Below, one piece after another: positions 58,901-64,000 of a stretch of DNA of 64,000 nt; the stretch's first letter is position 1; every line of letters starts with the position of its first letter. Source of the stretch: Gammaproteobacteria bacterium (lineage in GTDB: Bacteria; Pseudomonadota; Gammaproteobacteria; Steroidobacterales; PWYM01); assembly GCA_007693855.1 (NCBI GenBank), contig RECU01000035.1, positions 11,600-75,599 of the forward strand. Direction: 5' to 3'. The position numbers and the translations under genes were made by a program. The notes under the pieces were generated by a model. The model was not told the origin of the DNA. It searched no databases and saw nothing but the letters and a program-made list of their open reading frames with translations.

Positions 58901-59241
58901 AGGTTCTCGGCGCCGTCGCGGTCGCTGATGAAGGCGATATGTCGGCCGTCAGGGCTGTAGCGCGGCTGGAAATTCCACTCGATGCCGTCGGTCAGCGCCT
59001 CGGCCTCGCCACCCTCGACACCGACCCGGTAGATGTCGCCGAGCATGTGGAAGACCAGATGCCGGCCATCCGGGCTGACATCGACATCCGACCAGCTGAA
59101 TTCGCGAGTGTCGATGGGAATGCTGCGCCAGTCTCCGGGGGGGTCGGAGACCGACCAGGCGCTGTCGTCGGCAGGGGCGGCCTGGACCTGCGTCGACGCG
59201 AGCAGGGCGAGGGCGGGGATCAGCAGCAGTCGGGCCATCAT
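55945..59241 (-). CDS. secreted TolB-like beta-propeller (PD40 repeats) fused to an amidohydrolase domain
   Basis: 1098 aa with a signal peptide. Repeated 'SPDGR.IAF/VAF' PD40 motifs run through about residue 650. The C-terminal domain has 'LPGLVDAHAHGP' (intact HxH). Confidence 0.85.
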   Translation of the reverse strand: MMARLLLIPALALLASTQVQAAPADDSAWSVSDPPGDWRSIPIDTREFSWSDVDVSPDGRHLVFHMLGDIYRVGVEGGEAEALTDGIEWNFQPRYSPDGRHIAFISDRDGAENLWIMDADGSNPLQVSREREHLLHNPAWSPDGDYIAARKGYVSQRSIPAGSIWMYHRGGGGGVELVERLHGERSQKNIAEPNFSRDGRYVYFSQDITPDWVWQYNRDANTGIFAIRRLDRDTGEIDTVVSGPGGAIRPQVSPDGRQLAFIRRNAETLTSRLMLKDLESGIERTLFDGLDRDKQETSGDMGNYPSYNWLPDGNALVIWAGGRFHRVGLDGEHQAIEVHVRTDKQVRAALRRTVKVDTERFDVRMLRWTQLSPDGRTAIYQALGHLWLHDLESDQRRRLTRQDDHWEFHPAFSPDGRYVVYTTFDDEALGSVRIAPVGRGRARVLTEAPGHYVEPAFSPDGSQVAFRKVTGGFLTSPTWSERPGLYRVDSDGRNLRRVLDRGTRPQFSADGTRLLHARPNARNHLALYSTDLEGRDEREHLAGEWITEYRVSPDGRWVAFTEHFNTYVAPFVSSGRPITLGAGSSAFPVRQVSARGGEVLHWSADSETLRWSYGAQLFERRLSDAFAFLAGAPETLPEPVTEGRDFGFSVASDQPEGRIALVGGRIVTMRDAYAREEIIDNGVILVEGRHIRAVGTADEVAIPEGYQVFDVTGKTVLPGLVDAHAHGPKSNHQLQPRQNWMQYAELAFGVTTVHDPSNDNWAFFSAAELQRSGQLLAPRMFSTGRILYGALLPGATARIDDYADAEFHVRRQRDHGAISVKSYNYLRRDQRQQVLAAGEALDILVLPEGGMRLEQNLSQIVDGHTGIEHSLTIQPIYEDILQLWSQTDVVYSPTFGVAFGGLMGEEYWYDRTEVWKNEKLMAFTPHSVVQPRAIRRPTAPDEHYNHIGVAEMAKALNDRGVPVVIGAHGQRAGLAAHWEIWIMVQGGFSPFAALRGATIDGARYFGMDADIGSIEVGKLADIIVIDGDPLSDIRDSEHVVYTMLNGRLYDSATMHQLAPQAVERQPFFFERQGGDAWQPATMEYFHQLGHVLGWHCRH

Positions 59242-59274
59242 CCTCGGGTTCCTTCGGCAGTCGTGGCAGCCGGC

Positions 59275-59847
59275 CTACCAGCTGCGCACGCGGCCGGTGT
59301 CGACGTGCAGGAAATCCGAGCGGGCGTAATACCCGACACCACCGGCCTGGAGATCGAGCGCGATCTTGCGCAGCTCACGGGTGGGCACGCCGCGCAGGCG
59401 CACGTCGATTGCCCGTCCGTCCATGTGCAGGGAGCGTTGGGCCACCGCACCGCCGCGTTCGCGCAGCATGTCGTTGGTACGCGGCGAGCGGTAGGCAGAA
59501 ATGATCTCGTAAGTCCCCTGGCCGCCGGCCCGCTCGCGCAGGCGATGCAGCAGCGTCAGCAGCTCGGGGTCGATCGCGACGCTGTCGCCGGTGCGGAAGT
59601 CCCGCAGGAGGTGCGAGACCTCGGCCAGGGCCTCCGGGACGAACTCGCCATCCTCAGCGAAGGTCACCCGCAGACGCTCGCCCGTGTGGGTATGATGAAA
59701 ACTCAGTGTGCGTGCGCGGCGTGCTTCAGCGGGCCGCGGCAACCCCAGTCCCGCGGCGGCCAGGCCCACCCCGGCGGCCAGGAAACGCCGACGGTCGAGG
59801 CCGGTCTGAAGCAGTTGGCGGTCACACAGTTCACACATCGAGGTCAC
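59275..59847 (-). CDS. DUF882 / YcbK-like peptidase M15A family protein (MepK-like murein endopeptidase), Tat signal
   Basis: 'DRRRFLAAGVGLAAAGLGL' is a Tat leader. 'ISAYRSPRTN', 'SLHMDGRAIDV' and 'GGVGYYARSDFLHVDTGRVRSW' are DUF882 motifs. Start is either the GTG at 59847 or the ATG at 59838. Confidence 0.85.
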   Translation of the reverse strand: MTSMCELCDRQLLQTGLDRRRFLAAGVGLAAAGLGLPRPAEARRARTLSFHHTHTGERLRVTFAEDGEFVPEALAEVSHLLRDFRTGDSVAIDPELLTLLHRLRERAGGQGTYEIISAYRSPRTNDMLRERGGAVAQRSLHMDGRAIDVRLRGVPTRELRKIALDLQAGGVGYYARSDFLHVDTGRVRSW

Positions 59848-59849
59848 CC

Positions 59850-61565
59850 ATGGTAGGAGGCGTCGCAGTCGCGGCCGAGGCCCGAAAGTCTACCCGGTTT
59901 GGCCGCCGCTGCGCTGCCACCCTGGTCACGCTGCTGGCGACCCTCGCGCCGCTGGCCCAGGCATTTGCCCCGGCAGAGGAGGAGCGCCTGCGTGCCCGGG
60001 TCGAGGCGCTGGTGGCCGAGCCGCGCATCGCCACCACCGTGGTGGCCGATCCCTGGCTGCTCGCCCAGCTCTACGCCGAGCGCCAGTTCCAGCCGGCCTG
60101 GACGAACGAGACGGCGCTGCGCGAACTGGTGGACGCGCTCGGGCGCGCTGCCGAGCGCCACGGGCTGAATCCCGCGGATTTTCACCTCGAGGTCATGCGC
60201 GAGGCGCTGGACGCCGGGCTGCAGCGCCTGTGCTGTGCGGAGCTCGACATGCTCGCCACCGACGCCGTGGCCCGGCTGATGTTCCAGCTGACCTCAGGCA
60301 AGCTGGACCCGGAATCGTTCCATGCCAGCTGGAATTTCCGGCGTGCGGCGGCCGGCGAGTCTCCGGCACAGCTGGTGGAGGCCCTGCTGATTGCCGAGGA
60401 TCTGCCGGCGGCGCTCGAGGCGCTGGCGCCGCAGACACCCGCCTACCGGGGGCTGGTCGACGCGCTGGCGTGGCATCGCCGCCTGGCCGCGGCAGGCGGC
60501 TGGCCTAGCGTCGCCGACGGGCCGACACTCCGGGCCGGGGAGCGCGACCCGCGGGTCGGCGAATTGCGCCGTCGCCTGGCCGCCAGCGAGGATCTCACGG
60601 GTGCCGACGCCGAGCTGAAGGGGCCTGACGCGGAATTTTTCGATGGCCCGCTCGACGCCGCAGTGCGTCGCTTCCAGGCCCGCCATGGCCTGGCAGTGGA
60701 CGGGCTGGTCGGGCCCCGGACCCTGGCGGCGCTGAACGTGCCGGTGGCGGCGCGGATCGACCAGCTCAGGGTCAACCTGGAACGACACCGCTGGCTGGGC
60801 GATGAGCCGGACGGGCGCTATCTGCTGGTCAATATCGCCAGCTACCGCGTGGTGCTGGTCGAGGCGGGCGAGGTGACCTGGGAGACCCGCGCGGTGGTCG
60901 GCCTGCCGTATCGGCAGACGCCGGTGTTCCGCGCCGATATGCGCTATCTGGTGTTCAACCCGACCTGGACTGTGCCACCGGTGATTCTTGCGCGCGACCT
61001 GCTCCCCGAGCTGCGCCGCGATCCGGCGGTACTTGAGCGGCGCAATATGGAGGTGCTCGATCTGGAGGGGCGCCGGGTCGACCCGGCGGAGATCGACTGG
61101 GCGCAGGCCCGGCCTGGCCGCTTTCCGTATCTGCTGCGTCAGCGGCCGGGCCCGGACAACGCGCTGGGCCGGGTGAAATTCATGTATCCCAACCCGTGGC
61201 ACGTGTACATGCACGACACGCCTCATCGCGATCTTTTCGGCCACACCGAGCGCACCTTCAGCTCGGGCTGCGTACGCCTGGAGCAGCCGCTGGAGCTCGC
61301 CGAGCGCCTGCTGGCCGCCACCGCCTGGGACCGCGCGGCGATAGCCGCGGTGCTCGCCGAGGGGCGGCCGCGAACGGTTCATCTGCCCGAGCCGGTACCG
61401 GTGCTCACGATCTATGCGACTGCCGTCACCGAGGCGGGCCGCGTCCTGTTTCTGCCGGACGTCTACGCTCGCGATGCACGCATCCTGGCCAGCCTGGACG
61501 CGCCGCCTGTCGCCCAGTCGTCAGTCGAACGTGAAGGCCCCGAAGGTGCAGTCTTCGGGGAATAG
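59850..61565 (+). CDS. YcbB/LdtD-like L,D-transpeptidase with a peptidoglycan-binding domain
   Basis: 571 aa from the ATG at 59850 (signal 'RRCAATLVTLLATLAPLAQAFA'). PG-binding region 'AVRRFQARHGLAVDGLVGPRTLAAL'. YkuD catalytic region 'YMHDTPHRDLFGHTERTFSSGCVRL'. Confidence 0.85.
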   Translation: MVGGVAVAAEARKSTRFGRRCAATLVTLLATLAPLAQAFAPAEEERLRARVEALVAEPRIATTVVADPWLLAQLYAERQFQPAWTNETALRELVDALGRAAERHGLNPADFHLEVMREALDAGLQRLCCAELDMLATDAVARLMFQLTSGKLDPESFHASWNFRRAAAGESPAQLVEALLIAEDLPAALEALAPQTPAYRGLVDALAWHRRLAAAGGWPSVADGPTLRAGERDPRVGELRRRLAASEDLTGADAELKGPDAEFFDGPLDAAVRRFQARHGLAVDGLVGPRTLAALNVPVAARIDQLRVNLERHRWLGDEPDGRYLLVNIASYRVVLVEAGEVTWETRAVVGLPYRQTPVFRADMRYLVFNPTWTVPPVILARDLLPELRRDPAVLERRNMEVLDLEGRRVDPAEIDWAQARPGRFPYLLRQRPGPDNALGRVKFMYPNPWHVYMHDTPHRDLFGHTERTFSSGCVRLEQPLELAERLLAATAWDRAAIAAVLAEGRPRTVHLPEPVPVLTIYATAVTEAGRVLFLPDVYARDARILASLDAPPVAQSSVEREGPEGAVFGE

Positions 61566-62243
61566 ATAATCGATCGGGCAGCTGTAGGTGCCCAGGAAGC
61601 GGAAGTCGGCGCTGACCAGCGCGCCGGCGAGCCCCGACTCGCCGAGTGAGTCGGCAAAGCCGCCGCGGAACAGGCCGTAGTCCGGATCGAGGCGGTTGAA
61701 CACGAGGTCGGTGATTACGCCGTCATCGGCGACGATCTCGCAGTCGCCTGCGGCGCAGAACGCCGTCGCCCGGACCAGTTCCCCGTCGAACCAGTCCTCC
61801 CAGGCCTGGCGGCCGCGCCAGCGGCCGTCGAGGTCGGCGAACAGGAAGCGGGGCAGGGCGCGCGCCTCTCGCGTGAGCACCGCGAACTCGAAGAACTCGG
61901 TGACCAGCAGGGCATGCTCACGGTCGCCGGAGATCAGCAAGCGTACCCAGGTGCCGTCGCTGAGCAGGCCCTCCAGCTGTCCGGGCCCGACGCGCCAGAG
62001 GTCCCCGCGCACACCGCTGGACTGGCCGGCGATCACCTCGCGGGTCAGCCGTTCGCCCTGGATGCGCCATTCCAGCGTGAACAGCGTGCCGTCGGCATCT
62101 TCCATGGCGCCGAACCAGGTGCCGTCCAGGCCCAGGGTCGGGGACGGGTGGGAGACGCCGGTCCCGGCCTCGATGCGGCAGCCCGCCAGCAGCAGACTGC
62201 CCAGCATCAGCGCGCCGAGGACTGGCCATGATCGCCGTTGCAT
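61521..62243 (-). CDS. hypothetical lipoprotein
   Basis: 240 aa with lipobox 'LLLAGC'. No family recognised. 45-nt convergent tail overlap with the ldt-like gene. Confidence 0.55.
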   Translation of the reverse strand: MQRRSWPVLGALMLGSLLLAGCRIEAGTGVSHPSPTLGLDGTWFGAMEDADGTLFTLEWRIQGERLTREVIAGQSSGVRGDLWRVGPGQLEGLLSDGTWVRLLISGDREHALLVTEFFEFAVLTREARALPRFLFADLDGRWRGRQAWEDWFDGELVRATAFCAAGDCEIVADDGVITDLVFNRLDPDYGLFRGGFADSLGESGLAGALVSADFRFLGTYSCPIDYLFPEDCTFGAFTFD

Positions 62244-62354
62244 GTCACACCTCCCGTCGTGTCATCCCCTGCTGTTTCCGCAGGCCACGGGCTGCGCGCC
62301 GGGCCTGATGGAGTTCAGCCTGCCAGCCCGAAGCTGAACGGGGGATGAGCGGGC

Positions 62355-62379
62355 GCCGCAGGCCAGGTCGCCCTGCGGC
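62355..62379 (-). terminator. hairpin 8 nt downstream of the thiolase stop (candidate intrinsic terminator, no U-tract)
   Basis: An 8-bp perfect stem, GCCGCAGG (62355-62362) paired with CCTGCGGC (62372-62379), with a 9-nt loop. Confidence 0.3.
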
Positions 62380-62386
62380 CGGGCGG

Positions 62387-63622
62387 TCAGTCGTCGCGGC
62401 CCACCACGAAACTGACCACGGTGCAGGCGCTGCCGCCGACATTCAGCGTGGCGAAGTCGCGGGCCCCTTCGACCTGGCAGTCGCCGGCCTGGCCGGTGAC
62501 CTGGCGGGCGCAGTCGAGCAGCATCCGCACGCCGGTCGCGCCTACCGGGTGGCCCAGTCCGATCAGTCCGCCGCTGGGGTTGATCGGCAGACGGCCGCCG
62601 AGTTCGATGCTGCCATCCTCGATGATCTGCCAGTTCTCGCCCGGGGCGGTCAGGCCGAAGTGGTCGATGGCCATGTACTCGGTGGTGGTGAAACAGTCGT
62701 GGGTCTCGATGCCGTCGAGCTGCCAGGCGTCCTCGACACCGGCGCGCGCCAGCGCCTCGGCGGTGGTGCGGCGCACGTGCGGGAAGATGTGGGGCGCGTC
62801 ACGGCTGGCCTGGAGCTTGATGTCGAAGGCGATCGGGGCCGTGCGATGCCCCCAGCCCTTGATGCGGGGCAGGCGCTCCAGGGCCACGCCCTCGCGCTTC
62901 GCCCAGGCCCGAGCGGTGCGCTCGCCGGCCAGCACGACCCCGGCCGCACCATCGGTGACCTGGCCGCAGTCCTGCTTGCGGATGCGCCCGTCGATCACCG
63001 GATTGGCCTCGTCGTCGGCGGTGAAGCTGGCCTCGGTAAAGGCCCACTGGCGGGTCTGTGCATTGGGATTGCGCCGGGCGTTGGCGAAATTGTTGCGGGA
63101 TATCGCCATCAGGTGCGCGTAGTCCAGCCCGTAGCGGCGCGCGTACTCGTCGCCTAGCCGGGCGAACAGGTGGGGCCAGGGCCAGCGCACGTCCTGGCAT
63201 TCGTGGCCGGTCCAGATCGCGGCGCCAAGGTGCTCGGCGGCCTCGCCGCCGGGCACGTTGCGCATCTGTTCGATGCCGAGCACCAGCGCGCAGTCGTAGC
63301 GCCCGGCTTCAATCTCGGCCATCGCGGCGAGCACGGCGATGCTGCCGGACGCACAGGCGGCTTCGTGCCGCGCTGCTGGCATGTCGGCCATCGCCGGATC
63401 GACCAGGCCGAAGAAGCCGCCGAGCAGGCCCTGGCGACAGAACAGCTCGGCCACGAAGTTGCCGACGTGACCGACCTCGATGTCACCGGGCGCGACGCGC
63501 GCGTCGGCCAGCGTGGCGCGGGTGGTCTCGGCGAACAGGTCGAAAATGTCGTGGCCCTCGCGGGCCCAGTTGCGGGCGAAGTCGCTCTGGGCGCCGCCCA
63601 GCACGTAGATGGGGGAGGTCAT
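62387..63622 (-). CDS. thiolase-family protein (SCP-x / acetyl-CoA acetyltransferase-like)
   Basis: 411 aa. 'HEAACASGSIAVLAAMAEIEAGRYDCALVLGIE' contains the active-site Cys region. The C-terminus has 'GHPVGATGVRM' and 'NVGGS'. Confidence 0.85.
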   Translation of the reverse strand: MTSPIYVLGGAQSDFARNWAREGHDIFDLFAETTRATLADARVAPGDIEVGHVGNFVAELFCRQGLLGGFFGLVDPAMADMPAARHEAACASGSIAVLAAMAEIEAGRYDCALVLGIEQMRNVPGGEAAEHLGAAIWTGHECQDVRWPWPHLFARLGDEYARRYGLDYAHLMAISRNNFANARRNPNAQTRQWAFTEASFTADDEANPVIDGRIRKQDCGQVTDGAAGVVLAGERTARAWAKREGVALERLPRIKGWGHRTAPIAFDIKLQASRDAPHIFPHVRRTTAEALARAGVEDAWQLDGIETHDCFTTTEYMAIDHFGLTAPGENWQIIEDGSIELGGRLPINPSGGLIGLGHPVGATGVRMLLDCARQVTGQAGDCQVEGARDFATLNVGGSACTVVSFVVGRDD

Positions 63623-64000
63623 TTGGTGGGCTCCTGGTGTGCGGGTGGGTGGCCGGCGGGACGGTCGTCGCCGTACTGCAGCCAGCGGTCGAGATAGGCC
63701 AGGCGGTCGGCCCCCCAGAACATCTCGCCGTCGGCAAGCATGGTCGGCGCACCGAACACGCCGGCCACCACGGCATCGGCGGTGGCCGCCTGCAGGCGGG
63801 CCTTGATCTCGGGCTCGGCCATGCCGGCGAGGAGGGCATCTGCATCGATGCCGAGCTCGTGGGCCAATCCGGCGACGGCGTCCGGCGTGGACAGGTTCCG
63901 GCCTTCGCTGAAACTGCCTTCGAACATCGCATGCAGGAAGGGCAGGGCGTGGCGTTCGTCGTGCGCCTGCAGCCAGTGAAAGGCCCGGGCGGCCGGGATG
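63619..64000 (-). CDS. 2-hydroxychromene-2-carboxylate isomerase / DsbA-like family protein (5' end outside the window)
   Basis: The frame is open to the window edge. 'IKARLQAATADAVVAGVFGAPTMLADGEMFWGADRL' is typical of HCCA isomerase-type DsbA-like proteins. ATGA-type 4-nt overlap with the thiolase gene. Confidence 0.7.
   Translation of the reverse strand, partial: IPAARAFHWLQAHDERHALPFLHAMFEGSFSEGRNLSTPDAVAGLAHELGIDADALLAGMAEPEIKARLQAATADAVVAGVFGAPTMLADGEMFWGADRLAYLDRWLQYGDDRPAGHPPAHQEPTK

Overview
This is a very GC-rich, densely coding chromosomal segment that looks like a gammaproteobacterium. About 50 genes are packed almost end to end. By eye I found no tRNA, rRNA, CRISPR array, transposase, integrase or phage gene, so it reads as core chromosome rather than an accessory island. 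All functional calls come from motif and family recognition in the supplied translations. No database search was run, and starts were refined by reading RBS and overlap context.

Content from left to right:
- A TetR-like fragment, an enoyl-CoA hydratase and a GPH-type MFS transporter.
- A decayed inverted paralog lying next to an intact Tat-exported FAD flavoprotein.
- A secreted SnoaL-like protein and an NfeD-like protein.
- A 21.8 kb run of about 20 genes, all on the minus strand (27777 down to 6001). In transcription order: TPR protein, PPK2, ABC ATPase/FtsX permease/HlyD adaptor, a Fur-box-preceded hemP, a hypothetical protein, DUF418, arfB, DUF4139, a fold-type-II PLP enzyme, an FAD monooxygenase, an orphan DctP-type solute-binding lipoprotein, and an eight-gene Mrp-type antiporter operon. 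That operon runs mrpE-F-G-(DUF4040::B)-C-D-D-(NuoL-like).
- DUF423, then acnD-prpF without prpBC.
- A lipoprotein serpin and a divergent Lrp/AsnC regulator.
- An aldo/keto reductase with a small Cys-motif protein, and a DUF5916-like outer-membrane protein.
- recCBD.
- A proteolysis/amidohydrolase-rich block: DUF2891, two coupled amidohydrolases with degenerate metal motifs, an M13 peptidase and a 1098-aa TolB-propeller::amidohydrolase.
- Divergent DUF882/YcbK and YcbB-like L,D-transpeptidase genes, a lipoprotein, a thiolase and a partial HCCA-isomerase-like gene.

The most unusual feature is the unbroken, translationally coupled string from 19726 to 6001. It wires an orphan TRAP-type binding protein and a PLP/FAD/DUF4139 trio directly onto an MrpA-less Mrp complex. 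I rate this as moderately interesting, not as a demonstrated new system.
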